Positions 38,613 through 47,767 are shown, counted from the stretch's first letter. The stretch is 64,000 nt of DNA from an uncultured delta proteobacterium (GCA_963728385.1 CAVSJK010000002.1:1224960-1288959), one strand, 5' to 3'. Notes: generated from the letters alone by a model not told the origin. Numbers and translations are program-made.

Positions 38613-39941
38613 ATGTCGGCTTTCACATATTTTTCGCACAGATTGCTGTGCTATATGCTATTCTGCTTATTTTTTATGGGCTCTCCGGTTGTTGCCGAGA
38701 CCTCTCAACAAGTTCAAAAAGAAAAGGCTGACACCTACAAACAATTGGAGATTTTCTCTAATGTTTTAAGTATCCTGCAGGAAAATTACGTTGAAAAAAT
38801 AGATACCAAGGAAGTTATAAACGGAGCGATTCGCGGTCTGCTTTTCGCTCTCGATCCTCACTCATCCTATATGCCGCCTGAAAGTTTCAAGGATCTTCAG
38901 GAAGAAACAGAGGGGTCATTTTCGGGTATTGGTATCGAGGTTACGATTAAAAACGATCTCCTGACCATCGTCAGCCCGATCGCCGATACTCCGGCGGATG
39001 CGGCAGGATTGAAGGCAAATGATGTTATCATCGAAATCAATGGAATGAACACCAAAAATATGGGTCCATATGAGGCAATTAAAAAGCTTCGGGGGCCTGC
39101 TGGAACGAGTGTAACCATTTCCATCCATAGGGAAGGCTGGGACAATCTCAAGGAAATCACCCTTAAGAGAGAGATGATACCTATCCAGTCAGTTAGGGCG
39201 GAATTCATTTCTCCCGGTTTTGCCTACGCCAGAATCACAAATTTTCAGAGCCATACAACAGGGGACTTCAAAGTAAAACTGCAGGAGTTAAAAAGGAAAC
39301 ATCGGCTGGATGGGCTTATTCTTGATTTGCGCAATAACCCTGGAGGTCTTCTCATTCAAGCGATTAGTATCGCGGATATCTTTCTTGACAAAGGAACCAT
39401 CGTTTACACCAGGGGCCGCAGAAAAGATCAGAATAACGTCTATCCCGCCCATTCCAAGGGCGAAGAAAGATTCTACCCCCTGGTAATTCTGGTGAATGAA
39501 GGATCGGCAAGTGCATCAGAGATCGTAGCAGGGGCTATCCAGGACCATCGGAGAGGCATTATTGTTGGAACCAAAACTTTCGGCAAGGGTTCCGTGCAGA
39601 CGATTATTCCCCTGCCGGATGGAGCGGGATTGAGAATGACCACAGCAAGGTATTATACTCCGAATGGCCGGTCTATTCAGGCTCTGGGAATCACTCCGGA
39701 CGTTGAAATTCCATTTATCACCTGTATACAACCGGAGGAACCACAGGTAAATAACAGATTTATGAAGGAAGTCGATCTCGCCCAGCACCTGGAGGGTGTA
39801 CAGACTGAGAAGGACAAGGAAGAGGCTAAAGCGGCAAGAGAACTGGAAATACGACTGCAGGCAGATAATCAGTTACGTTCCGCTTACAACATACTCAAAA
39901 GTCTCAATCTGTTTTATAATTTAAATCACTCTTCAAACTGA
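38613..39941 (+). CDS. ctpA: Carboxy-terminal processing peptidase (S41)
   Basis: Signal peptide, PDZ segment (GIGIEVT...AGLKANDVIIEING), and S41 core (EGSASASEIVAGA, TFGKGSVQT). Confidence 0.9.
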   Translation: MSAFTYFSHRLLCYMLFCLFFMGSPVVAETSQQVQKEKADTYKQLEIFSNVLSILQENYVEKIDTKEVINGAIRGLLFALDPHSSYMPPESFKDLQEETEGSFSGIGIEVTIKNDLLTIVSPIADTPADAAGLKANDVIIEINGMNTKNMGPYEAIKKLRGPAGTSVTISIHREGWDNLKEITLKREMIPIQSVRAEFISPGFAYARITNFQSHTTGDFKVKLQELKRKHRLDGLILDLRNNPGGLLIQAISIADIFLDKGTIVYTRGRRKDQNNVYPAHSKGEERFYPLVILVNEGSASASEIVAGAIQDHRRGIIVGTKTFGKGSVQTIIPLPDGAGLRMTTARYYTPNGRSIQALGITPDVEIPFITCIQPEEPQVNNRFMKEVDLAQHLEGVQTEKDKEEAKAARELEIRLQADNQLRSAYNILKSLNLFYNLNHSSN

Positions 39942-39985
39942 TTTTCCCGCAAATAATCAGTTTGAGGAGCTGATATAAATTACCA

Positions 39986-40066
39986 CAAAGGATCACCGGC
40001 GCGACGAACAAGAGTCCGGTGCATCCGCTTGTTCAGATTTCTTTTTCACCACGAAGAGCACGAAGA
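39986..40066. repeat. Family-4 repeat remnant (GxxExxY-gene flank fragments)
   Basis: 39986-40022 is the inverted match to 13838-13874. 40044-40066 (TTTCACCACGAAGAGCACGAAGA) matches 13634-13656 (TTTCACTACGAAGAACACGAAGG). Confidence 0.65.
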
Positions 40067-40165
40067 GATCAAAGAACGAAGCACTTGATGCCATTCATGA
40101 GTTTTTCGTGACGTTGAAGTTGATCTGGTGAGATCCAATTAGTGTCTGCGCGTGCGCAGATATAA

Positions 40166-41080
40166 TCAGTAGCCAAGCTCTTTGAGAAACCGCTCATCCT
40201 GGGACCAGTTCTTTTTCACCTTTACCCATAATTTCAGGAGGACCTTCGTGCCGATCAGGGCTTCGATGTCTTTTCTTGCTGCTATGCCGATACTTTTGAG
40301 TTTCATTCCGCCCTTGCCGATGACAATACCTTTCTGGGATTGTTTTTCCAACACAATCGCGGCATGAATTGTTACGAGTTTACTTTCTTCGTCTTCTTTA
40401 AACGACTCAATCAATACAGCTGTGGAATAGGGAATTTCCTGCCCGGTAAGAAGGAAAATCTTTTCCCGAACGATTTCGGCGCACAAAAACCTCTCTGAAG
40501 CATCAGTTGGAATATCCTCGGGAAAATATCTTGGCCCCATCGGCAAAAGTGCCAGGATTTCCTTAAATAAGCTGTCCAGTCCCTCGCCGCCAAGAGCGGA
40601 AACAGGGATCACGGCCTGAAATGGGTATAGTTTCGAATAAGAGTCAATGAAAGGCAGGACTTTTTTCCTGTCGATCAGGTCGACCTTATTCAAAACCATG
40701 ATTGCGGGGCTTTTAATTTTTTGTATATACTCAGCAAGCTCCGCATCCTTTTTTGCCTGCACCTTCTCCGGCAACGGCAGGGATACGTCTACTAAAAACA
40801 AGACAATATCCACTTCGCTAAGGCTTTCCATTGCTACTTTGACCATCTCAATATTGAGTGGTTCGCGGGAATTGTGCAATCCCGGCGTATCGAGAAAGAC
40901 AACCTGATAGTCTGCATCATTAACTATCCCGGCAATTCGGTTGCGGGTCGTCTGGGGTTTCGCGGTTACGATTGAGATCTTCTGGCCGATAAGATGGTTC
41001 ATCAATGTCGATTTTCCGGCATTCGGTGGTCCTACTATTGCCACCATACCGGACTTGACCGGCTTCTCAAAAAGTTCCAT
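40166..41080 (-). CDS. era: GTPase Era
   Basis: GPPNAGKSTLMN, DTPG, NKVD, and a C-terminal KH domain (GKGGMKLKSIG). Confidence 0.93.
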   Translation of the reverse strand: MELFEKPVKSGMVAIVGPPNAGKSTLMNHLIGQKISIVTAKPQTTRNRIAGIVNDADYQVVFLDTPGLHNSREPLNIEMVKVAMESLSEVDIVLFLVDVSLPLPEKVQAKKDAELAEYIQKIKSPAIMVLNKVDLIDRKKVLPFIDSYSKLYPFQAVIPVSALGGEGLDSLFKEILALLPMGPRYFPEDIPTDASERFLCAEIVREKIFLLTGQEIPYSTAVLIESFKEDEESKLVTIHAAIVLEKQSQKGIVIGKGGMKLKSIGIAARKDIEALIGTKVLLKLWVKVKKNWSQDERFLKELGY

Positions 41081-41185
41081 AGCTCTAAAAAAATGATAAT
41101 AATTTCATAAGGACAATAATAAGTGTAGGCAAAATAACATTCCACACTATACTGTTTGACGTTTGTCCATTTGCAATAGACAAAA

Positions 41186-41383
41186 TAACGGTACACATTA
41201 AAACACGGCATAACCCGGATCTGTAACCTTGTCGCTCCTGTGCCATCCTTGGCACCCGCGACACTAGGCCATCCTTGGCCGTCGCATCCAGTGCTCCAGG
41301 TTCGTTCAAGCAGGACTCAGAGCTATAGTTGGCTATGTGAGGGGGCCTGATCGGACGAAAATGGGGTGCTGGTGAACGTTTAC
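41186..41383. repeat. Family-1 mosaic repeat, long (~190 bp) module, inverted relative to 47957-48136
   Basis: Its reverse complement aligns end to end with 47957-48136. It carries an internal ~28-bp duplication (gccaaggatgg...gccaaggatgg) and a truncated left 13-mer. Track ORF 41085..41309 lies inside it. Confidence 0.85.
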
Positions 41384-41499
41384 AAAATAATAAGGGTGAA
41401 ATTATAATACGCTGTGAATATATTGCTTACACTATTTTGCTATGACGCCAAAAGATCCGCAATTATAAGGCGAAAAGATATTGAACAATTAGAGATTAA

Positions 41500-43500
41500 A
41501 TGATCGTTACGGGAAAACTAATAGAATACCTGGATAATGGGAAGTTCATTTGTGCACTGGTAACCGAGAGCCAACCCAAAAGACTGCGCCTCATCAACCA
41601 GAATGGTCGCGAGCTCAACCTCCCGGAATCGCGTGTTATTCATTGCTCAAATGAAAATCACCCGACGGAATTGAGCAGGGAAACCATCACAAAACACCTG
41701 AAGGATACCACTGAAAAACGTGGTTCTCTGATGGGCCTTATAAATCTTGAGGAGATATGGGAACTCACGGCTGAAGATGGTTCAAATTCCTTTAGTCCGA
41801 TTTTTCTTGCTGAACTCATCTTTGGCTCGGAAGCTACTGATGATACCGTTTGTGCATTTCTTCGATGTGTGTTTGAGGACAAACTCTTTTTTAAATACCG
41901 GGAAGGTAGGGTCCTGGCAAATAGTCCGGAAAAGGTCGAACAGTTACAACTTCAACAACAAAAAGAGGCAAAGAGGGCAGAACTCATTCGGGAAGGAGCC
42001 AAGGCCGTCGAACGAATTTTAAATTCAATTTCATCCCCCGGGGAACTCGATTCCCTGCAGATTGAGCTTTTGAGCATCATTCGCGATTACTATCTTTTCG
42101 GCACGGATGCGGCCGAATCGGATATTGCCAAAAAAATTCTTCAATCCGCCGGTCTGCATAAGACTCATGATCCTTTTCACCTGCTGGTCAAAGCCGGACT
42201 CTGGAGTCCCAACGAGAATATCCCGCTGCTTCGCAACGAACTGCCTGTCAACTTTTCGCTGGCCGCCAGACAACAGGCGGAACTTATTCTCCAGCGCGGA
42301 CAGAACGAACTGTTCAATGACAGCGGAAGGAGTGATTTCACCCATCTTTCCCCTATAACTATTGATGGTCCGACCACTCTCGATTTCGACGATGCGCTGA
42401 CCATAGAAGAACAGGACGGAAACTACCTGGTTGGTATTCATATCTCCGATGTAGCCCACTATGTCCGCCCAGGAGATCAACTATTTGCAGAAGCCATGCG
42501 CCGCGGTACATCCATCTATTTTCCGGAAGGTCAGGTACCGATGCTGCCACGCCATCTCTCGCAAGGTATCTGCAGCCTCATTCAGGATGAGACAAGAGCC
42601 GCTATCAGCTTTATGGTTCTCCTTTCGGCCGACGCTGAAGTTTTAAGAGTAAGGATATCTCCTTCCATCATTCGTGTAAAAAGACGACTCACTTATGATG
42701 AAGTTGACAGAATGCTGACAACCGACCCGGAGATCAGGCTTCTTGATACGCTACGCAAAAAACTTCGGGCTAGAAGGTTGGCAAATGGAGCCCTCCTTCT
42801 CCCCTTCCCCGATGTGAATATATTCATCGATCAACATGGCAAGATCCATGTCTGTCTTGCCAAAAGTGATACCCCTTCCAGAACCATCGTTTCGGAAATG
42901 ATGATTCTCGCCAACAGTGAGGCTGCTAAATATGTTGCCGACCGTATGGTTCCAGGCATCTACAGGTCCCAACCGCCCCTGCAGAAAAGGATAGTCCACG
43001 GGGAGGACGATGATCTTTTCCAGAATACCTTGCAACGGAAAAACATGTCTCGGGGAGAGCTGTCGACCATCGCCAAGCCGCACAGTGGATTAGGGGTTTC
43101 TCATTATTCAACCGTTACTTCTCCCATCAGACGGCTGCTTGATCTTGTCATGCAGCATCAGTTGAATAGTATTGTCAGAAGACAGGAACCATGCTTCACT
43201 GAGGAAATGTGCAGGGATTTCACCTCCGTTCTCAGCCGGACATTGACCACGGCCAACAACGTCCGCCATCAGAGACAAAGATACTGGCTTCTCAAATTCC
43301 TGGCCGACCGACAGGGACAGTATTTGGACGCGTTGGTCATTCAGGCAGGGCCGAAGCGGGTCAACCTCCTTCTGACGGATATCCTTATGGATATAGATCT
43401 TCCTACCCCAGGCAACAAAAGCGTTTCACCAAACACAATGGTCAAGGTCCGGGTTGTCAAATCCGAACCACTGGATAACATTGTGCGATTTGATTGGTAG
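41500..43500 (+). CDS. RNB-domain exoribonuclease (RNase II/R family)
   Basis: 666 aa. RNB motifs LDFDDALTIE and IHISDVAHYV. C-terminal S1-like beta segment. Confidence 0.85.
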   Translation: MIVTGKLIEYLDNGKFICALVTESQPKRLRLINQNGRELNLPESRVIHCSNENHPTELSRETITKHLKDTTEKRGSLMGLINLEEIWELTAEDGSNSFSPIFLAELIFGSEATDDTVCAFLRCVFEDKLFFKYREGRVLANSPEKVEQLQLQQQKEAKRAELIREGAKAVERILNSISSPGELDSLQIELLSIIRDYYLFGTDAAESDIAKKILQSAGLHKTHDPFHLLVKAGLWSPNENIPLLRNELPVNFSLAARQQAELILQRGQNELFNDSGRSDFTHLSPITIDGPTTLDFDDALTIEEQDGNYLVGIHISDVAHYVRPGDQLFAEAMRRGTSIYFPEGQVPMLPRHLSQGICSLIQDETRAAISFMVLLSADAEVLRVRISPSIIRVKRRLTYDEVDRMLTTDPEIRLLDTLRKKLRARRLANGALLLPFPDVNIFIDQHGKIHVCLAKSDTPSRTIVSEMMILANSEAAKYVADRMVPGIYRSQPPLQKRIVHGEDDDLFQNTLQRKNMSRGELSTIAKPHSGLGVSHYSTVTSPIRRLLDLVMQHQLNSIVRRQEPCFTEEMCRDFTSVLSRTLTTANNVRHQRQRYWLLKFLADRQGQYLDALVIQAGPKRVNLLLTDILMDIDLPTPGNKSVSPNTMVKVRVVKSEPLDNIVRFDW

Positions 43501-43711
43501 CTATTTATTCTGGTTGTTTCTTTTTCTATCCGTTTTTATTTTTATATCAGTGCCCTTAGAAAAACCTTTGGTTTGTTTACTGCAATCAAGGACCATTCGT
43601 TCACCATCAACCTTTACGACTGTACATTTTCCGGTTGCCGCCGACGCCTTAATCCCCCACGCCGAATCCCGTAACTATCAACATACAAAACATCACTATC
43701 ACCTTCCTCAT
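43501..43711 (-). pseudogene. Small secreted protein gene (about 69 aa) interrupted by a +1 shift in a G5 run
   Basis: GAGGAGGG RBS 5 nt before ATG 43711. MRKVIVMFCMLIVTGFGVG (signal-like) then a stop. The next frame continues KASAATGKCTVVKVDGERMVLDCSKQTKGFSKGTDIKIKTDRKRNNQNK to TAG at 43501. The 211-nt span is 70 codons plus 1. The C5 run on the plus strand at 43654-43658 is confirmed by the track translation ..LIPHA. Confidence 0.5.
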
Positions 43712-43956
43712 ATTGCCCTCCTCGATATTTTGAGCATTTGTGATTTTGCTATTTTCTGTATTTTCTGTTTTTCTGCTCTCAAGGTATAACGTTTTCGAAG
43801 AATGAACCAGCCGACATAGGGACAAGTCGAGCGATGTCTATCGACAAGCCGGCATTTCAAGCGTACCAAACAGAGAATTTGTCTTTAATGGACCATTGGA
43901 AATTGGTATAAGCATATGAAACAAATCCGCAACTCTCAACAACGATAAAAAGACAG

Positions 43957-44895
43957 ATGACGGACAATTCATTCACCGGCCCAATGAGCATGGTTAAAAT
44001 CGACGGGACGAAAATTAAACTGTTGCGTGAACAGCAAGGCCTCACCCAACTGTATCTGGCAACGGCAGTCGAAGTAACCACCGATACAATTTCCAGATGG
44101 GAAAATCGCAGATATCCCAGCATCAAGAGAGACAACGGTCTCAAGCTGGCTGAGGCGCTCAATGTCCAGCTTGAAGACATCCTGGAAGACACTCCGGAAG
44201 ACGAGCAAACAGAAGTGCATCTTCCCCAGAATCAAGCCGATTTGGCTAATCTTCCCGATAGCAGACCATCATGGTTCAGGAAAAAGTGGCCATTGTTGAT
44301 TCTCTTTACGGCAATTTTCTGCATAATCCCGGCTCTTACCTGGTATTTTTTTTACGGTTCGGCCTCTAACCGGATCGCCGCCGTGCGCATACTACCGGAC
44401 CACTGTATCAGCGGCCGGCCTTTTCCGGTGATTATTGAAGTTACCGGAGCACCGGATACAGCTACGGCTCTGATTATAAAAGAATCCATTCCCGACAACG
44501 GAACCGTTCAGGCTACGTCACCAAATGTCACTGCCGGTAGCATGAAAAATAATCAGATCAAATGGCTTAAAAAAATTGAGGGCAAAGCTCTTTATGCATA
44601 TGTAGTCAGTGTGTCCGGTAAAGAGGGGGATACCGTAACCTTCCACGGCACCGCGGCTATCAGCGGTGATCCTGAATACCCGGTGACTGGTGATAACACA
44701 ATCACCATAGATCACTACCATTGGGCGGATACCAATAAGGATAACGTGATCGGCGATGATGAGATTCTCGCTGTATACGACACCTATAGCGAGATCAAAG
44801 ATATCGACCTCAATATTGATCTCATTGAAGAAATCTGGTTGGGCTCGGAGTACCGATGGGATAGTGCGACAGGCACCTTTAAAATCATTGATTAG
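43957..44895 (+). CDS. Membrane-anchored XRE-family HTH protein with periplasmic beta-rich module and dockerin/EF-hand-like C-terminus
   Basis: HTH LREQQGLTQLYLATAVEVTTDTISRWEN. Acidic linker. TM helix WPLLILFTAIFCIIPALTWYFFY. ~150-aa extracytoplasmic module. Loop DTNKDNVIGDDEIL matches DxNxDxxIxxxE. Confidence 0.75.
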   Translation: MTDNSFTGPMSMVKIDGTKIKLLREQQGLTQLYLATAVEVTTDTISRWENRRYPSIKRDNGLKLAEALNVQLEDILEDTPEDEQTEVHLPQNQADLANLPDSRPSWFRKKWPLLILFTAIFCIIPALTWYFFYGSASNRIAAVRILPDHCISGRPFPVIIEVTGAPDTATALIIKESIPDNGTVQATSPNVTAGSMKNNQIKWLKKIEGKALYAYVVSVSGKEGDTVTFHGTAAISGDPEYPVTGDNTITIDHYHWADTNKDNVIGDDEILAVYDTYSEIKDIDLNIDLIEEIWLGSEYRWDSATGTFKIID

Positions 44896-44986
44896 TACCT
44901 TAGAAATTCTTTTCCGGCTTTTGGGGAAAGAATTTCTAAGGTACTTATACCCACAAAGCATGGGCACAGAACTCCCGTGCTTTTGT
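44894..44986. repeat. Family-3 repeat: 52-nt palindrome plus CCCACAAAGCATGGG unit
   Basis: AGTACCTTAGAAATTCTTT / AAAGAATTTCTAAGGTACT are 19-bp perfect arms about 14 nt apart, beginning inside the TAG stop of the HTH gene. They are followed by cccacaaagcatgggcacagaactcccgtgcttttg. Confidence 0.75.
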
Positions 44987-45052
44987 AAACATCATCAGGA
45001 AATTCAAAACCACTCCTTGAGACATACCGGAAGGTATTTGGAGAATTTGCCA

Positions 45053-45472
45053 ATGTCAGAGTTATCATCAAAACATCACTTTTACCTGCTCCTCTTGGTC
45101 CTTTATATTTTTGCAGGTCTGCTTTTCAGTAGCCATTACTCCATCGCCGCGGCAAATCTCGTTTCAGGCAGATATCTCTCGGCAACCGGTAACGAGGTCG
45201 TGCTCTCCCTGTCCATTCAAAGTCCATCGCCTGTCAATCTGATAGTTGAACAATACCTGCCACCTGGCAACAGCATCATTTCAACTTCTCCACAGGCCGT
45301 AAAGATCGATGCCGCCCGCGGTAAAGTCAAATGGCTCTTTAGAAATACCAAGAGTGGCGGCATAACCCTTTCAATTCACCTGCAAACACCGCTTAAAGGA
45401 TCCGCAAGAGCCATAATTCGATATCGGGATCCCAATGGTGGTTCGTTCACGGAACTGCAGATCTTGCCTTAA
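45053..45472 (+). CDS. Small secreted protein sharing the periplasmic module of the upstream HTH protein
   Basis: Track ORF 44756..45472. I start at ATG 45053 (GGAG RBS; MSELSSKHHFYLLLLVLYIFAGLLFSSHYSIAAA is a signal/anchor). LIVEQYLPPGNSIISTSPQAV..GKVKWLF parallels LIIKESIPDNGTVQATSPNVT..NQIKWLK in the HTH protein. Confidence 0.65.
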   Translation: MSELSSKHHFYLLLLVLYIFAGLLFSSHYSIAAANLVSGRYLSATGNEVVLSLSIQSPSPVNLIVEQYLPPGNSIISTSPQAVKIDAARGKVKWLFRNTKSGGITLSIHLQTPLKGSARAIIRYRDPNGGSFTELQILP

Positions 45473-46074
45473 ATTTTCATCATGACCAGTTGGACTGCGA
45501 TTGCCCACATCGTCACACAAACCAGTCCATTTAGTAGTTTCCAGGAGACACTTTTTTGAAAAATCGGGGCCAACAACGCCCCGCCAAAGGAAAGGGAAAA
45601 AAACCACAAAAAAGAGGAGACCGATGCACCCAATGCGAAAAGCCAACGATCTCTTAGTTGATATTGCCCGCTGATACTTCCAAGTAACAGGATAGTGTCG
45701 ATATACACATGTGGATTCAGGAAAGTAAGAGCTAAGGTTGTGGCGATTATGATCTTTAATCCGCAACAGGTGCTCTTATCCTCCTTAAGGGCTTTGGTCG
45801 AAGAGACACACAACAGGGCACGTCCGCCGTACCATGATAAAAAAATTGCCCCTAACCAGGCCGCAGCTGTTTGTAATGCATGATTTTCAGCAACATAGCT
45901 TCCTACCCCTGCTGCTCCGATAAAAATAAGCAACATATCGCTCATGCTGCAAATAAAGGCGATTAGCCAGTGGTATTGCTTACGAATTCCCTGCGTTAAA
46001 ACAAAAACATTTTGAGCGCCGATGGCAATGATTAGTCCTGCCCCCACTGCCATTCCCTGAAAAAACACATTCAT
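45469..46074 (-). CDS. argO: Arginine exporter ArgO (LysE family)
   Basis: Collinear similarity to E. coli ArgO (GAQNVFVLTQGIRKQYH, LNPHVYIDT, SFLWFFSL). Confidence 0.9.
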   Translation of the reverse strand: MNVFFQGMAVGAGLIIAIGAQNVFVLTQGIRKQYHWLIAFICSMSDMLLIFIGAAGVGSYVAENHALQTAAAWLGAIFLSWYGGRALLCVSSTKALKEDKSTCCGLKIIIATTLALTFLNPHVYIDTILLLGSISGQYQLRDRWLFALGASVSSFLWFFSLSFGGALLAPIFQKSVSWKLLNGLVCVTMWAIAVQLVMMKI

Positions 46075-46142
46075 TATTTCACCCTCCCTGTTGAATAAGA
46101 AAGAGTAATATAGTATTTCTGCGCATTAAAAGTAAAATTAAA

Positions 46143-46161
46143 CTAATTTACATTCAATTAG
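46143..46161. promoter_or_regulatory. Candidate LysR-type (ArgP) box CTAAT-N9-ATTAG
   Basis: Perfect 5-bp inverted arms containing a T-N11-A core, in the 100-bp argO/argP divergent intergenic region. Confidence 0.3.
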
Positions 46162-46174
46162 AATATTTAATGAC

Positions 46175-47071
46175 ATGCTGGATTATAAACTGCTCGAAGC
46201 CTTGGCTTTGGTGCTTGATGAAGGCGGGTTCGAAAAAGCGTCCGTCAAGCTTCATCTCACTCAGTCCGCGGTATCGCAACGGATCAAATTGCTTGAGGAA
46301 TATGCCGGGCAAATCCTGCTCACCAGAACGACGCCACCCGCGGCGACAACTGCCGGCCTGCAATTTGTTTCCCATTATCGCAAGGTAAAACAACTGGAAA
46401 AAGATTTACCTCCTTCTGAAGGACTTTCCGCGGACCACCTCTTCAAAACTCTCGCCATTGGTGTGAACGCAGACAGTCTTTCAACCTGGTATCCTGATGT
46501 GATAGAGAAAATCATAAAAGAGCAAAACCTGATCCTTGACATTCAGGTTGACGATCAGGAGCAAACGCAGAATTTATTGCGAAACGGACAGGTTTGTGGC
46601 TGCATAGCTACATATGACAAAGCGTTACAGGGATGTCGTCTGGAGAAATTGGGCGGCGTTGAATATGGTCTGTATTGTACTCCGGCTTTTGCTGCAGAAT
46701 GGTTTCCGCATGGCATCGATCCGGCTGCGACTAACGTTACACCAACAATTCAGTTCAACAGGAAGGATAATCTCAACGAGAAATTTTTCAAACAGCTGTT
46801 TTCTTCCCAACCGGACTCCCCTCCGACGTTTTACGTACCATCGACCGAAATATTCGTCGATTTCATTCTGAGAAGTCTCTGTTACGGAGTAATTCCAAAC
46901 CATCAGAGTAAACCTCTGATACGTTCCGGAAAACTCATTGATCTTGCTCCAACATGCAAAATAACTATTGATCTTTATTACCATTTTTGGAATATCAAAT
47001 CAGCAGCTATGATAAATTTTACCCGAGATTTCATCGCTGGGACCAAAAAAGTACTGCATCAAACTTCCTGA
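46175..47071 (+). CDS. argP: LysR-family regulator ArgP (IciA)
   Basis: LTQSAVSQRIKLLEE HTH. Collinear with E. coli ArgP (LAIGVNADSLSTW, LYYHFWN). Divergent from argO. Confidence 0.9.
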   Translation: MLDYKLLEALALVLDEGGFEKASVKLHLTQSAVSQRIKLLEEYAGQILLTRTTPPAATTAGLQFVSHYRKVKQLEKDLPPSEGLSADHLFKTLAIGVNADSLSTWYPDVIEKIIKEQNLILDIQVDDQEQTQNLLRNGQVCGCIATYDKALQGCRLEKLGGVEYGLYCTPAFAAEWFPHGIDPAATNVTPTIQFNRKDNLNEKFFKQLFSSQPDSPPTFYVPSTEIFVDFILRSLCYGVIPNHQSKPLIRSGKLIDLAPTCKITIDLYYHFWNIKSAAMINFTRDFIAGTKKVLHQTS

Positions 47072-47209
47072 CTAGATGTCGGGTGGAACACGACCCGATA
47101 TCTCCATATGTCCTCTTTGCACATTAATCGATTGTGAATAAAAGTGAGTTAAGAGCAAAGATTCTCATAGTAACCGGCTCACTATTCATTCAATCGAAGG
47201 AGAAGCATT

Positions 47210-47767
47210 ATGAAGTCAATGCAAATACCTACAATACCGGCAATTCTGTTGATGTTTTTTTCATTCTCTCTCGCCAATGCACAGGCCGGCAACGGCACGG
47301 TTGGTGGGGCAATTTTGGGTGGCGGTACCGGTGCACTTGTTGGCCAAGCGATCGGTCACGATACCAAATCCACTCTAATCGGAGCGGCGGCAGGCGGAGT
47401 TATGGGATTTATAGTCGGAACCGAGCTGGAAAGACACCATAGGATAGGCGCACCCCAGTCATCGGTTATTGCCCACTCAGAACGATATGACAAGCGAGGG
47501 TATCGATCACGAATTCCCAGACCGGTGTTCGACCGTCATCACAGATATGATCATTTCCGCGATTTCGGCCATCATCGTGAATATCATCGTGAGTATCGCA
47601 ATTACCCCCATTATCGATATGACAGAGGGAACTGCAGGAAAATTATTACAATACGTAGAGGACATTACGGAACCAAGCGGATTATGACGATCGTCTGTGA
47701 CGGAACTCCGCGGCATCGTCATCAAAATGACGACCGCTTTAGATTTCACGATAGATTCCATCGTTAA
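47210..47767 (+). CDS. Secreted glycine-zipper protein with His/Arg/Tyr-rich C-terminal half
   Basis: AAGGAGA RBS. Signal peptide ...SLANAQAG. Glycine zipper GGAILGGGTGALVGQAIG...GAAAGGVMGFIVG. The tail is rich in H, R, Y and D (HHRYDHFRDFGHHREYHREYRNYPHYRYD...RHRHQNDDRFRFHDRFHR) with two Cys. Confidence 0.7.
   Translation: MKSMQIPTIPAILLMFFSFSLANAQAGNGTVGGAILGGGTGALVGQAIGHDTKSTLIGAAAGGVMGFIVGTELERHHRIGAPQSSVIAHSERYDKRGYRSRIPRPVFDRHHRYDHFRDFGHHREYHREYRNYPHYRYDRGNCRKIITIRRGHYGTKRIMTIVCDGTPRHRHQNDDRFRFHDRFHR

Noticed and set aside
41085-41309. 74-aa ORF, and its look-alike 47950..48159 (69 aa) sharing ..NEPGALD(A/T)TAKDG..YRSGLCR(V/L)LMCT
   Set aside because: Both lie inside inverted copies of the family-1 long repeat. 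The peptide similarity simply reflects repeated DNA. Both use weak starts, lack an RBS and extend beyond the repeats in different ways.
43454-44192. ORFs 43454..43789 (+) and 43857..44192 (-)
   Set aside because: The first is antisense to the better-supported small secreted ORF with a strong RBS. The second is antisense to the HTH gene N-terminus. Neither has an RBS or a recognisable domain.
44756-45052. 5' extension of the 238-aa track ORF
   Set aside because: It overlaps the HTH gene 3' end and reads through the palindromic repeat. The internal ATG 45053 has a GGAG RBS and starts a signal peptide.
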